From the NCBI GenBank assembly GCA_000092065.1, contig CP000592.1: a DNA stretch of 64,000 bases. The stretch is one strand, 5' to 3'. Positions 30,695-41,240 of the stretch are shown here, one piece after another. Positions within the stretch are counted from its first letter, which is position 1; each line of letters begins with the position of its first letter. The notes beneath the pieces were generated by a model, which was not told where the DNA came from, ran no database searches, and saw only the letters and a list, made by a program, of their open reading frames with translations. The DNA comes from Ostreococcus lucimarinus. Its lineage: Eukaryota. The translations under genes and the position numbers were made by a program.

Positions 30695-31987
30695 ATGGGT
30701 GTTGACGCGTCCGACGACGCGACGTCGCGCGCGCGACGCGTCTCGACGACGTCGACGAGCGAGCGACGCGGGACGGTGATGATGTCCATCGCGGTGATGG
30801 CGGTGTCGAGCCTGATGACGCTCGGGATCAAACGAGGGGTCGAGGGACGGGGATCTTCCGCGTTCGCGACGCCGTTCAAAGCCGCGCTCGGGCAGCGGAT
30901 GAAGCACTCGACGTGGGACGAAAGTAATCAGCACGACGGTGGGAACGCCGCGGACGATGGATTTGTGTCGTACGAGCAACAGCGAGATTTCGAAGGACGC
31001 GAGTGGGCGTGGGAAAAGAGGATATCTTGCGATGGTCACGAGGCGTTGGATTTCGACGTCGACGCCGTCGAGGAGGGGCGCAAGGCGCTTTGGCGGAACG
31101 CGTCGTTTTCGTTCCAGTTTTGGCGCACGCCTCGCTCGCGACACTTTCAGCTGTACGAGCAAGAAAACATACGCAATGCATTTTGCAAGGCGGGACAGTA
31201 TCAGGTGAACATCGTGACGATGATGGACCACGCGGATTCGTGCGAGTTCGCGCGCGCGCACTACGACAAGGGCGCCGAACAGTTTCCCAAGGATGCAAGT
31301 CAACATCTCGGGCGGGGCGCGTTTTATTGCGCCACTCGATCGATTTCGAATTTCCCTTACAAACTCATGGCGGTATGCGGCGCTCGATCGATGATAGAGT
31401 TCAATCGCGTGGAGAACCTTGCCGCCGCCGTAAGGGGTGGCCAGTCCAACGCCGATTACAGCTTTCTGAACGCCTACTACGCCGACCCCGAGGATTTCGA
31501 AATCTCTTTGATTAATCATCGCATTTTCGACCCACAATTGAATCGCGCGTATCCTACGCAATTCCGTATGGGTTGTTACAAAGATGGCGCGGTCCGGCGT
31601 GCCAATAATTGTCAAGACGGAACGGCGTTTGAGCCGCGGCGCGTCATCTCAACGCGTCTGATGGGCGGCACGGTGGCTGCCGTTGTGAAGATTGGCTACG
31701 GTTATAGTCATTTGACCCGTCGCTGGGTTCCTCTTCAAGGTCAAGGCGAGCGTTGGTCGCTCGATGACGATGGACTGGTGGTGGAGAGAAGGAGAAAGAG
31801 GGCGAAAGGGTGCGTATGCCCGAGCGACGAGGAAGCCATGACGCAAATGGCGCACCACGATGCTTTCAAGCATTTTCTCGCTTTTGAGGAAAACGCTGAC
31901 CGAACCATAGGCACAACGAAAATGCACGAGTACGGCTCGTGTCATTGGGTAGACTTCGGACGAACGAAGAGGAAACTCGTGGATTGA
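30695..31987 (+). CDS. Hypothetical type-II membrane/secreted protein (no recognisable domain) with AT-richer composition than its neighbours
   Basis: ATG at 30695. N-terminal hydrophobic anchor MMSIAVMAVSSLMTLGI. Diverse, aromatic-rich composition typical of real coding sequence (W/Y/F/C rich). The antisense ORF 30500..31615 is Arg-rich low-complexity and is rejected. Confidence 0.45.
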   Translation: MGVDASDDATSRARRVSTTSTSERRGTVMMSIAVMAVSSLMTLGIKRGVEGRGSSAFATPFKAALGQRMKHSTWDESNQHDGGNAADDGFVSYEQQRDFEGREWAWEKRISCDGHEALDFDVDAVEEGRKALWRNASFSFQFWRTPRSRHFQLYEQENIRNAFCKAGQYQVNIVTMMDHADSCEFARAHYDKGAEQFPKDASQHLGRGAFYCATRSISNFPYKLMAVCGARSMIEFNRVENLAAAVRGGQSNADYSFLNAYYADPEDFEISLINHRIFDPQLNRAYPTQFRMGCYKDGAVRRANNCQDGTAFEPRRVISTRLMGGTVAAVVKIGYGYSHLTRRWVPLQGQGERWSLDDDGLVVERRRKRAKGCVCPSDEEAMTQMAHHDAFKHFLAFEENADRTIGTTKMHEYGSCHWVDFGRTKRKLVD

Positions 31988-32025
31988 TTTTAGCCGTAGG
32001 TAGTATTAATGAAATTTCGATGTTG

Positions 32026-35000
32026 TCACCCAGTGTTTTGCATCCCGGCTGCGATGCCCTTCATCGTGATTTTTAAAACGTCGTTCACCGCGCCCTTGTA
32101 ATTGTAATCTTGGAACGGGTAACCCTCGAGCAAGGTGATCTTGACTTTTTGCATGCTTAGCTTATCGCCATCTTCTTCATTTTCAAGCGCGCGAGCGGCG
32201 ATGAGATATCGCACTTGACACACGTTGAGCGGCGTGATGTACAGCGACCGCTTGTGAAGTTTGTGAGCGAGCTTTTTATGCACCTGAACCGCCTCGTTCG
32301 CCTCGACTTTTTCTGGTTTGGCGAGCAAACCGATATGCTCGGAGACGGCGAGGATGCAATCGATGCTTTCTTGAAGCTCGCCGCGCAGACTGGCGCCGAA
32401 GTCGTGCAATTTTGGATCGACAAGGGCTCTTTCGTAATACGCCACGACGACGGGATCCGCCTTGGCGAGCACCATCTCCACTAAATCGATCGTCACCTCA
32501 AAGAAAGGCCAACTTTTGTACATGTCCCTCAGCGTTTCCAGTTCGCCTTCGTCGATCAAGCGTCTGAATGATGTGGAAATTCCGAGCCAGACTGGCAAGT
32601 GGAATCGCGACTGCGTCCACGCGAAAATCCACGGAATTGCTCGAAGAGCGGTGACGCCCGCACTCGGTTTACGCTTGGCCGGTCGAGAACCGATGTTGAG
32701 CGATCCAAGCTCGGCTCCAGGCGTGGCCTGTGCAAAGTATCCGACGAAATCAGGGGTTTCGAACACAGTCTTACGATAATGCGCGCATGAGTATTCGCTC
32801 ATTCTATCCATGACTCGGCGCCATTCATCGCGAGGATGCGCCGGCGGCTTCAACGTGTGCTCCAGAACGGACGCCGTGTACAAATCCAGAGTGTGAAAAC
32901 AGTTTTCTTTTTCACCGAAGTCGGTTTCGATCACTTCTCCTTGCACGGTGACTCTGATGCTACCATTCACAGTGCCTGGAGGCTGAGACAACATGGCAAT
33001 GTGCGCTGGACCTCCCCCGCGACCTACGGTGCCTCCGCGACCGTGAAACAGGGTGAGCGCAACGTCAAACTCCTTCCCTGCCGCCACGACGCGTTCTTGA
33101 CCATCGTACAGCGCCCATGCTGCAGCCATGCGACCAGCGTCTTTTCCACTATCCGAATACCCGATCATAACCTCTTGGAATCCCGCGATGTGGTCGTGAT
33201 ACCACTTCACGGAGAAGAGCTGGCGCAACACGCGCGGGGCGTCGTTCAGATCGTCGAGTCGCTCAAAGAGCGGTGCAACGCGAAGAAGATCCTGTTTGCG
33301 ACAGCCACACTCGCGCTGTAATAATACAACTGCCAAAACATCGCTGGCACTTGTCGCCATGGATATAACGTACGTTCCGAGGGCACCCGGGCACGTTTGT
33401 TGCAAGTGCGCAATCATCTTACACGTGTCCAGGACTTCTCGAACGTCGTCCGAGCATTCGAGGTCGGAAGGTAAAAGTGGCCGCTTGCTCTCAAGCTCGC
33501 GTGTCAGGAACTCAATTTTCTGTTCCTCACTCCATTCGAGGTACGATCCGAGGCCGATGTACCTGGTCACCGCGTCCAAAGCCTCGGCGTGGCGATCAGA
33601 TTCTTGCCGGATATCGAGTTTGACCAGCCCCAACCCAAAGCACTGCACTTGGCGAATGACGTCGAGAAGATAGGCGTTGGCAATTTGAGCGTCACCGACT
33701 TCGATGAGAGACTCGTAGCACACCACCAAGGGTGCGAACAGTTCGTCCTTGGAACGAATGATAGTCTCGTCGTTCATGTCGATGTTGACGTCGTTGTCCG
33801 CGATGCAACGCTGCAACGCCTCTCGCGTGTTGTAAAGCTTGTCTCGAAGTTCAGCCAAGATGACGCGGTAAGGCTCGTGCTCGGGAATGGCCTTCCAAAA
33901 GTCATCGTAGTTTCGCTTCTTGCGCTCTTCGAAGATCGTAAAGTTGTCCGTTTCCGAGTTCTCCAAGATGTCCTTTGCCAACGCCTTGACGGCGTCGTTG
34001 CATCGCCACATGGACAAATCGAAAATCAGACGCTGAATCGCTCGGAAGAGTAGGTTAACCCCTTGCACACGGGCCAAGAGAACGACGTCGCGCGTACATG
34101 ATGCCGTGACGTATGGGTTGCCGTCACGATCACCACCCATCCACGACCCGAACGTAACGATGGATCTGTCGAGCGGCAAACGAGGGCATCCGTTTGCCAA
34201 GAGCGACGTGTCCACGCGACGCATGAAAGTTGGGATGCCATCCCAGATGGTTTGCTGAAAGTACGTCAGACCCGCGCGCATTTCGTCTTGAGGCTTCGGT
34301 GGCGTGCGGCGGATCTCATCTGTGCGCCACGCCGAGGCGACCTTCGATCGAATCTCGTCCAAAACTTCTGCACGCTCGTATCGCGAAAGGCGAAATCGTT
34401 GCAGCTGCAACAGCTTTTCACGAATTATTCCGAAAGATTTCAACATCGACCGTCTCAAGGCTTGCGTGGGGTGGGCGGTGAGCACTAAATCAACGTGCTG
34501 CACCGCTAAAGCGCTGTAGATTTCCTCCGTCGACTTCCCGGCTCGAAGCAAACCTTTAATCGCGCCGTTCGTCGTCTTTGCCGGCCCTCGCGGAATATCG
34601 TCCAAACGTCTGTGTCTTTCCTCCATCGCGTTCGCCACTTGCTCGGAAATATTGTGCAGATTCAACAGATTCGAGTACGCCGACGCGAACTGCAACGATT
34701 CATCCACTTCCATCGTCTCCAACATCGCCTGCATCGCGTCGAAATCCTTCGGGTCGTGCGAGCTGCCAAACTTTTCGCTCGCCTCGTACACGCTCTTCAA
34801 CTGCCCCAAAAACTTATCTCCCGCCGTCTCCCTCACCACGGCGAAGAAGATCGTCCGAAGCAGTTCATCACACTCCTCAATCACGTCGTGCGCGTTGAAC
34901 TCCTTCGTCTCTCCCCTACCGCTCAGATAACTCGACGACCGCGCCAGGGCGTCCAGCGCCTCGCCCTCCTCGCTCGCGAACAACGACCCCGTCCGTTTAT

Positions 35001-35049
35001 GCGACGTTATCTTCGCCTTATCCTTCCCACTGAACACCGCCTTCAACAT
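32026..35049 (-). CDS. PPC: Phosphoenolpyruvate carboxylase. The ORF extends to 35337, but the probable start is ATG 35049.
   Basis: VDLVLTAHPTQ, FHGRGGTVGRGGGP, MIGYSDSGKDAGRMAAAWALY, GSRPAKRKPSAG...IPWIFAWTQSRFHLPVWLG, C-terminal ...MQNTG. All are PEPC hallmarks. The N-terminal HKRTGSLF looks like a regulatory phosphorylation site. Confidence 0.9.
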   Translation of the reverse strand: MLKAVFSGKDKAKITSHKRTGSLFASEEGEALDALARSSSYLSGRGETKEFNAHDVIEECDELLRTIFFAVVRETAGDKFLGQLKSVYEASEKFGSSHDPKDFDAMQAMLETMEVDESLQFASAYSNLLNLHNISEQVANAMEERHRRLDDIPRGPAKTTNGAIKGLLRAGKSTEEIYSALAVQHVDLVLTAHPTQALRRSMLKSFGIIREKLLQLQRFRLSRYERAEVLDEIRSKVASAWRTDEIRRTPPKPQDEMRAGLTYFQQTIWDGIPTFMRRVDTSLLANGCPRLPLDRSIVTFGSWMGGDRDGNPYVTASCTRDVVLLARVQGVNLLFRAIQRLIFDLSMWRCNDAVKALAKDILENSETDNFTIFEERKKRNYDDFWKAIPEHEPYRVILAELRDKLYNTREALQRCIADNDVNIDMNDETIIRSKDELFAPLVVCYESLIEVGDAQIANAYLLDVIRQVQCFGLGLVKLDIRQESDRHAEALDAVTRYIGLGSYLEWSEEQKIEFLTRELESKRPLLPSDLECSDDVREVLDTCKMIAHLQQTCPGALGTYVISMATSASDVLAVVLLQRECGCRKQDLLRVAPLFERLDDLNDAPRVLRQLFSVKWYHDHIAGFQEVMIGYSDSGKDAGRMAAAWALYDGQERVVAAGKEFDVALTLFHGRGGTVGRGGGPAHIAMLSQPPGTVNGSIRVTVQGEVIETDFGEKENCFHTLDLYTASVLEHTLKPPAHPRDEWRRVMDRMSEYSCAHYRKTVFETPDFVGYFAQATPGAELGSLNIGSRPAKRKPSAGVTALRAIPWIFAWTQSRFHLPVWLGISTSFRRLIDEGELETLRDMYKSWPFFEVTIDLVEMVLAKADPVVVAYYERALVDPKLHDFGASLRGELQESIDCILAVSEHIGLLAKPEKVEANEAVQVHKKLAHKLHKRSLYITPLNVCQVRYLIAARALENEEDGDKLSMQKVKITLLEGYPFQDYNYKGAVNDVLKITMKGIAAGMQNTG

Positions 35050-35453
35050 CGCGCGTTTCTTTATCGCCTCCCTCGTCTCCGGTATCGCTCGCGCGTCGTC
35101 CCTCGCGCTCGGCGCGTCGTCCCTCGCCGTCCGAAGTCCCGCCTTCGCGTCGTTCGGTCCCTCGCGTTCGCGTCTCTTTCCTTTCCTTCGCCCGTCGCTT
35201 TCTCGCTCGTTCGGTCGTCCGTCGTTCGGTGCGTCGCGCGCGTCCGTCACCGGTCGCGCGTCGCGTCGAAGCGCGTCGCCGCGCCGTCGTGTGCGCGCGA
35301 TCGTCGGCGGTTGGCGTCGGCGGGCGCGCTCGCACACGCGGGTGTTTTCTAGGGTCTAGGGCATCGCGCTGGGCGTCCCGCCGCGGCGCGCGTGGACGAC
35401 GCGGCGGAGCGCGACGCGACGACGACGACGACGACGCGACGACGACGACGGTG

Positions 35454-36971
35454 ATGTCGCTCTCGACGCGCGCGACGCCGACGCCGACGCGCGCGAACGC
35501 GAACGCGAACGCGAACGCGAACGCGCGACGAAAAAGCGACGCGCGAGGACGAGGACGAAGGCGCGACGTCGCGCGCGGCGCGGCGAGCGATGAACCGAAA
35601 AAGCTGTGGGGCGGACGATTCAGCGAGGCGCAGGACCCGCTGATGGAGAAGTTTAACGAATCGCTGTCGTTCGATCGACGGATGTGGCGAGAGGACGTGG
35701 AGGGTTCGGTCGGGTACGCGCGGGCGCTGGCGAGGGCGAGGGTGATCACGAACGACGAGAGGGACGCGCTGATCGATGGATTGGGCGAGGTGGGAAAGGA
35801 GTGGGAGCGCGGGGCGTTCGCGGCGAAGGCTGGGGACGAGGACATACACACCGCGAATGAACGGCGGTTGACGGAACTCATCGGAGACGTCGCGGGGAAG
35901 TTGCACACCGGACGGTCGAGAAACGATCAAGTGGCGACGGATACGCGCATGTGGTTGCGCGGGGAGTTGCTTAGGATTCGAGCGCACCTGAGGACGTTGA
36001 TTGAGATCGCGGTCGATCGCGCCGAGCGCGAGGTGGACGTGGTCATGCCCGGGTTTACGCACTTGCAGAGCGCGCAGACGGTGCGATGGTCGCATTGGTT
36101 GCTTTCGCACGCCGCGGCTTGGCAGCGAGACGATCAGAGGTTGGGAGACATGATTAAACGCGTGAACGTCATGCCTCTCGGTTCGGGGGCGTTGGCGGGG
36201 AACCCGTTCGGCATCGATCGTCAACTGTTGGCCAAGGATTTGGGTTTCGACGGCGTGTGCCCGAATTCCATGGACGCCGTGAGCGATCGCGATTACATCG
36301 CCGAGGCGAGCTTTTGGGCGTCGATGACGGCCACGCACCTGTCTCGATGGAGTGAAGATTTGATCGTGTACTGCTCGCAGCAGTTTGGTATGGTGAAGTG
36401 TTCGGACGCGTACTCCACCGGCTCCTCCCTGATGCCGCAAAAGAAGAACCCGGACGCGTTGGAGCTCTTGCGCGGCAAGAGCGGCACGCAAATTGGTTCG
36501 CTCATGGCAGTCTTAGCCACCATCAAGGGCACGCCCACGACGTACAACAAAGATCTTCAAGAGGTCTGGCACGCCATGTACTACACCGTGGATAATATGA
36601 GCGATTCGTTACAAATCGCCGCCGGCTGCTTGGCGACGCTCAAAATTTACCCCGACGCTATGGAACGCGGTTTGTGCGCGGAAATGCTCGCCACCGATCT
36701 CGCCGAGTATCTCGTTCGCAAGGGTGTACCATTTCGCGAGACTCATCACATCTCCGGCGCCGCCGTCAAGCTCAGCGAAGACCGCGGCGTACCGCTTTCC
36801 TCATTAACCGTCGACGACTTGAAGCCCCTCTGCGCCGCCTTCGACGCCGACGTCGCCGAGGTTTGGTCGTACGAGAAATCCGCCGAGTCCCGCGACACCG
36901 AGGGCGGCACCTCGCGTCGCAGCGTTCTCGAGCAGTGCGCCAAGCTTCGCGCGTACCTCGCCGCCAACTAA
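35454..36971 (+). CDS. ARGH: Argininosuccinate lyase. The ORF extends to 35229, but the probable start is ATG 35454, with an Ala/Asn-rich presequence.
   Basis: LWGGRFSEAQDPLMEKFNESLSFD..., GFTHLQSAQTVRWSHWLLSH, GSSLMPQKKNPDALELLRGK (fumarate-lyase signature). Confidence 0.9.
   Translation: MSLSTRATPTPTRANANANANANARRKSDARGRGRRRDVARGAASDEPKKLWGGRFSEAQDPLMEKFNESLSFDRRMWREDVEGSVGYARALARARVITNDERDALIDGLGEVGKEWERGAFAAKAGDEDIHTANERRLTELIGDVAGKLHTGRSRNDQVATDTRMWLRGELLRIRAHLRTLIEIAVDRAEREVDVVMPGFTHLQSAQTVRWSHWLLSHAAAWQRDDQRLGDMIKRVNVMPLGSGALAGNPFGIDRQLLAKDLGFDGVCPNSMDAVSDRDYIAEASFWASMTATHLSRWSEDLIVYCSQQFGMVKCSDAYSTGSSLMPQKKNPDALELLRGKSGTQIGSLMAVLATIKGTPTTYNKDLQEVWHAMYYTVDNMSDSLQIAAGCLATLKIYPDAMERGLCAEMLATDLAEYLVRKGVPFRETHHISGAAVKLSEDRGVPLSSLTVDDLKPLCAAFDADVAEVWSYEKSAESRDTEGGTSRRSVLEQCAKLRAYLAAN
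35470..35505. repeat. (GCGAAC)6 hexanucleotide microsatellite inside the ASL presequence (encodes ANANANANANAN)
   Basis: Perfect tandem hexamer repeats. Confidence 0.8.
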
Positions 36972-37052
36972 TGCGTTGTCATTCAATCCGAGCGCCTTCG
37001 TTCGAGCGTCGCCGACGCCGCGCCAACCACCCGCCGCACTGCGCGCCGCGCC

Positions 37053-38060
37053 ATGCCTCGCGATCGCCTCCGTTCGCCCCGCGCGCTCGCCGCGCTCGCG
37101 TGCGTCATCGCGCTCGCGCGCGCGCGCGCCCGCGCCGACGCGAAAGTGCTCAACGACGACGCATTCGTCGGCGACGACGCGCCTCGTTACGTCGTGCGCG
37201 TCCCGAAAGATCCACTCGACGTCAGCCCCATCGCGCCGCATCGACGCGTGCCCATGACGGCGCACGACGGGAAGAAGTACGTGTGCACGATACCGCTCGG
37301 CGCGACCGGTGACGGCGAGGACGACGGCGAGGACGATGGTGCGCTCGAGACGGCGCTGGGCGGGACGCGCGAAGACGCGGAGACGCCAAAGGCGACGCGG
37401 TTGGAGGACATCGAACGCGCGCGCACGGTGGACGAACACCTGCGACCGCTCGAGGGACGATGCTTTTATTATGGCAATGGCGATTGGTGGACGTACGAGC
37501 TGTGTTATAAGACGCGAGTCGAACAGTTCCATCGAGAGGGGACGACGAGGGTGAATTCGTACTCGCTTGGAAAGTTTGACGAGGCGGCGACGATGGAGTT
37601 GGGGAGCGAAAGAGCGGCGACGATGGGCGATGGTGCGGAAGCAGGCGTAGATAGTGGGAAGTTGGCGCTGGAGAATCAGCGCTATCACGCGCACGCGTTC
37701 ACAGATGGGACGAAATGTGAAGATGTCGGCGCGGCGTACAGCGAGACGCGGCGCACGAGCGAGGTGCGCTTCGTGTGCGCCGAGGACGGTAGCGAAGGAT
37801 TGAGTGGAGTGGAAGAGCCGGCGACGTGTAGATATGTGTTGACTTTTAGAACGCCTCTGGCGTGCAAAGCGAAAGATTTAAGGCCGAAGCGGCCGGACGT
37901 GGAACAAATCACGTGCGCGCTCGTCGAGGACGACGCCGCCGACGAAACGGCGGCGCGCAACGGTGGAGAAAACCCCGAGCCCGCGACGAACGCCGCCGAG
38001 AGCGCCGGGGCTGACGCGCAAACGTCCACCGCGAGCGCGCAATCGCGCGAAGAGCTTTAG
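37053..38060 (+). CDS. OS-9/Yos9-like ER lectin with a mannose-6-phosphate receptor homology (MRH) domain
   Basis: Signal peptide (RALAALACVIALARARA). MRH core KKYVCTI...GRCFYYGNGDWWTYELCYKTRVEQFH...CEDVG...RFVCAEDG...CRYVLTFRTPLAC, with the conserved Cys pattern. Confidence 0.7.
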   Translation: MPRDRLRSPRALAALACVIALARARARADAKVLNDDAFVGDDAPRYVVRVPKDPLDVSPIAPHRRVPMTAHDGKKYVCTIPLGATGDGEDDGEDDGALETALGGTREDAETPKATRLEDIERARTVDEHLRPLEGRCFYYGNGDWWTYELCYKTRVEQFHREGTTRVNSYSLGKFDEAATMELGSERAATMGDGAEAGVDSGKLALENQRYHAHAFTDGTKCEDVGAAYSETRRTSEVRFVCAEDGSEGLSGVEEPATCRYVLTFRTPLACKAKDLRPKRPDVEQITCALVEDDAADETAARNGGENPEPATNAAESAGADAQTSTASAQSREEL

Positions 38061-38243
38061 CGCGTAGAATCTGTTGTAACTTCTGCGTTCCACATCGACG
38101 AAAGCGACGTCGGCCGCGCGCATCACAGCGAGCCGCGGGGCTGACGGAAGAGCGTTGGCGCGGCTGCCGGAAAACCGCGTCGCGCGCGACGAAATCGCGA
38201 AAACGAACACGACTCGCGAGGCGCGACGCGTTCGCGCGTCGAG

Positions 38244-41114
38244 ATGTCCGACGACGCGCGTGCGACGGCGCAAGATGTCGACTCGGAACGATCTGGCGGC
38301 GACCGCGCCGACCGCGCGTTCTCGCGCGTTTCTAGCGTGCAGAGCGTGGAATCGTGCGATGAGACACACGCGTGTCGCCCCGAGAGCTCGGGCGCGGGCG
38401 CGCCGGCGGTGAGAGCGCATTTGGATGTTGGCGCTCGCGGCGGCGCGGTTTTGAAACGTCGCGGCGGCGTCGTGGAAACGATTCGCTCACTCATGCGCGT
38501 CCGACGATTCGCGGACGCGCTTGAATTGATAAATCGCTCACAGTGTTCGGCGCTGGGCGGAGAGGCGGGAGCGCTGGCGCTGAGAGGCGAGTGTTACGAG
38601 GGTATCGGCGCGGCGCCGGATGCGTTTCGTGCGTACGACTCTTCGCGCGGATTAGACATCGGGAATCCTGACGCGTGGTGCGGCTTGGCGCGCCTGGCGC
38701 ACGCCTCGGGGGCGTATACGGACGCGGTGAATTGCTTCCGCGCTGCGCGCGATGCGTACGCACGAATCGGTATGACGAAAGAAGCAGAGGAGGCAGAGAA
38801 AAAGTTAGCCGCGGCTTGGACGGATCTGGGGACGACGTACAAGGCGAACGGAGAATCTAAGCGCGCGATGGAGACGTACGCGGAGATCATAGCGGCCGTA
38901 CCGCATCACGCTGCGGCGGCGTATTACAATATGGGCGTGTCTCTCGTGGAGTGTGGACGATTGGTCGAGGCGGAGAGCGCTTATCGAAGCTCCATCGCGC
39001 TCGATTCGTCAAGAGCTGAGGCGTACTGCAACATCGGCGTCGTCTTCAAGATGACGAATCGCATAGATGACGCGCTTGACGCGTGTGAAAAATGTCTGCG
39101 CATATCGCCCGATTTCGACCTTGGGAAGAAGAACTTGTCGCTCGTCCTCACGGATCAAGGGACGGAGCTAAAGAAGAAGAATTTGCTCGCCGATGCCATT
39201 GCGACATACGAGCGAGCGCTTTCATACGACACGACCAACGTTGAGGCGTACTACAACCTCGGTGTGGCGTGCGCGGAAGCTGAAGAGTACGATCGTGCTA
39301 TCATTGCGTACGAAAACGCGGGACGTTTAAGGCCGCAGTGCGCGGAAATTTGGAACAACGCCGGGGTCTTGTACAAGGAAAGAGGTAATGACGCTCGCGC
39401 TATGGACTACTACCGCCGCGCCGTCGCGTGCAATCCCAACTTTGCTCAACCTCTCAATAACCTGGGCGTATTACACACGATGACTGGCGAGGCGCAGCAA
39501 GCTTTGGAGACGCTCCAGCGCGCAGTGACGGTGGATCCATCGTATGCGGTGGCGCACAACAATTTAGGCGTCTTGTTGCGGGACACGGGAGACATCGAGC
39601 ACGCGTGTGAGTCGTACAGAGAATGCATTCGAAACTCTCCGAACGATCGTCATGCCGAACAGAACTACTTGCTCGCGCTCAATTACGTGCGCCAAGGCGA
39701 AGAACCAGACGTTTGTGAGGCGCACGCGACGTGGGGGACGCGGTTTGTGAAACTCGCAGGCCCGCCGCTTAAGGCTCGAAGGGCAGTTCGTTCGGACAGT
39801 GGTGCTGGAACGCCAGGGCGAAGAAAGCTCGTCGTCGGCTACGTCTCTCCTGATATGTACACGCACTCGGTGAGTTATTTCGCAGCTGCGCCTTTTCGTT
39901 CGCACGATAAGGAGAGCGTCAAGCTTGTGGTGTACAACGTGTCGAAATTTTGCGATGCGCAGACCGAGCGCCTTCGGAAGTTCACGTTGGAATCCGGAGG
40001 CGAGTGGCGCGATTGCGCGTCTCTTGATGAGCGTGAACTCGCCGAGTGCATTCGAGGTGACTGTGTGGACGTTCTCGTTGAGCTTACCGGGCACACGGCG
40101 AACAATCGCCTCGGCACGCTCGCGCTCGAGCCGGCGCCAGTTCAGATCACGTGGATTGGCTATCCGAACAGCACGGGAATGCGATCGATCCACTATCGCA
40201 TCACCGACAAAGTCTGTGATCCGCTGGACACTAAACAGACGTTCACGGAACAGCTCGTTCGTATACCGTCACCGCATTCGTTCCTTTGCTACACCCCGAA
40301 TCCCGAGGCACCACAGCAAGTTTCGGACGCGCCGTGCGCAAGTCAGGGCTTTGTCACGTTTGGGTGCTTCAATACCATGGCCAAAGTCACCGCCGACGTC
40401 CGAGTGGCTTGGAGTCAGATCTTGCTCGCCACTCCCGGAAGTCGCTTGTACTTCAAGTCGAAAGCTTTCGCGTGCGAAGTTATTCGCCAACGCTTTTTGT
40501 CGCAAATGTCTGCGTTGGGAGTAGACAACTGGCGAATCGACTGCGTTCCGCTCGAGCGCGAGACATCCTCGCACCTCGCCATGTACGATCGCGTCGATAT
40601 CGCTCTAGACACCTTCCCATACGCTGGCACGACGACGACATGCGAGTCCCTCCACATGGGCGTGCCCGTTCTGACGCTCGCCGGCGCGTGTCACGCGCAC
40701 AACGTGGGCAAGTCGTTGATGACCGCTGTTGGTCTCGAAAGGTTCGTTGCGAAAGATGTGATTGAGTACGTGCGAATTGCTTCGTCGTATGGCAATAAGA
40801 TGGATGAGATTCGTGAGCTTCGACGGGGTTTGCGAGAGAAATTGCTGCGCTCGCCCCTGTGTGACGCCGCCGGTTTCACACAATCTCTCGAGGTCATCTA
40901 TCGCAACTTGTGGCAACGATGGTGTGATGAAAAAGCGAGAGAGAGCGATGATGATGAAGACGAACGAAGCGATGAAGATGACGACGATAACGGCCAGTGC
41001 GGTTCAGTCGACGACTCGAAGGGCGATTCGAATCAGGACACGGCGGAACAATACGAAGGAGACGAGAGCGCCGGAGAGTTTTCCTCGAAACTCATAGATA
41101 CATTAGAGATTTGA
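38244..41114 (+). CDS. TPR-repeat GT41 glycosyltransferase (O-GlcNAc transferase / SPINDLY-like)
   Basis: About 11 TPR repeats (AYYNMGVSLVECGRLVEAESAYRSSIALD...) followed by a GT41 catalytic region: GYVSPDMYTHSVSYF, VTFGCFNTMAKVT, LDTFPYAGTTTTCESLHMGVPVLTLAG. Acidic tail. Confidence 0.8.
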   Translation: MSDDARATAQDVDSERSGGDRADRAFSRVSSVQSVESCDETHACRPESSGAGAPAVRAHLDVGARGGAVLKRRGGVVETIRSLMRVRRFADALELINRSQCSALGGEAGALALRGECYEGIGAAPDAFRAYDSSRGLDIGNPDAWCGLARLAHASGAYTDAVNCFRAARDAYARIGMTKEAEEAEKKLAAAWTDLGTTYKANGESKRAMETYAEIIAAVPHHAAAAYYNMGVSLVECGRLVEAESAYRSSIALDSSRAEAYCNIGVVFKMTNRIDDALDACEKCLRISPDFDLGKKNLSLVLTDQGTELKKKNLLADAIATYERALSYDTTNVEAYYNLGVACAEAEEYDRAIIAYENAGRLRPQCAEIWNNAGVLYKERGNDARAMDYYRRAVACNPNFAQPLNNLGVLHTMTGEAQQALETLQRAVTVDPSYAVAHNNLGVLLRDTGDIEHACESYRECIRNSPNDRHAEQNYLLALNYVRQGEEPDVCEAHATWGTRFVKLAGPPLKARRAVRSDSGAGTPGRRKLVVGYVSPDMYTHSVSYFAAAPFRSHDKESVKLVVYNVSKFCDAQTERLRKFTLESGGEWRDCASLDERELAECIRGDCVDVLVELTGHTANNRLGTLALEPAPVQITWIGYPNSTGMRSIHYRITDKVCDPLDTKQTFTEQLVRIPSPHSFLCYTPNPEAPQQVSDAPCASQGFVTFGCFNTMAKVTADVRVAWSQILLATPGSRLYFKSKAFACEVIRQRFLSQMSALGVDNWRIDCVPLERETSSHLAMYDRVDIALDTFPYAGTTTTCESLHMGVPVLTLAGACHAHNVGKSLMTAVGLERFVAKDVIEYVRIASSYGNKMDEIRELRRGLREKLLRSPLCDAAGFTQSLEVIYRNLWQRWCDEKARESDDDEDERSDEDDDDNGQCGSVDDSKGDSNQDTAEQYEGDESAGEFSSKLIDTLEI

Positions 41115-41240
41115 GCGACACATTGTCGCTAGTTGTCAATTTAAAGAAACACGTGTTGATTGAATGAGTGTGAAAATAATGTTGTCGCTTATTAAGAAGC
41201 TTCTACTGCTCTAATGTTTTGTGTTCGCGCGCAACGCTTC

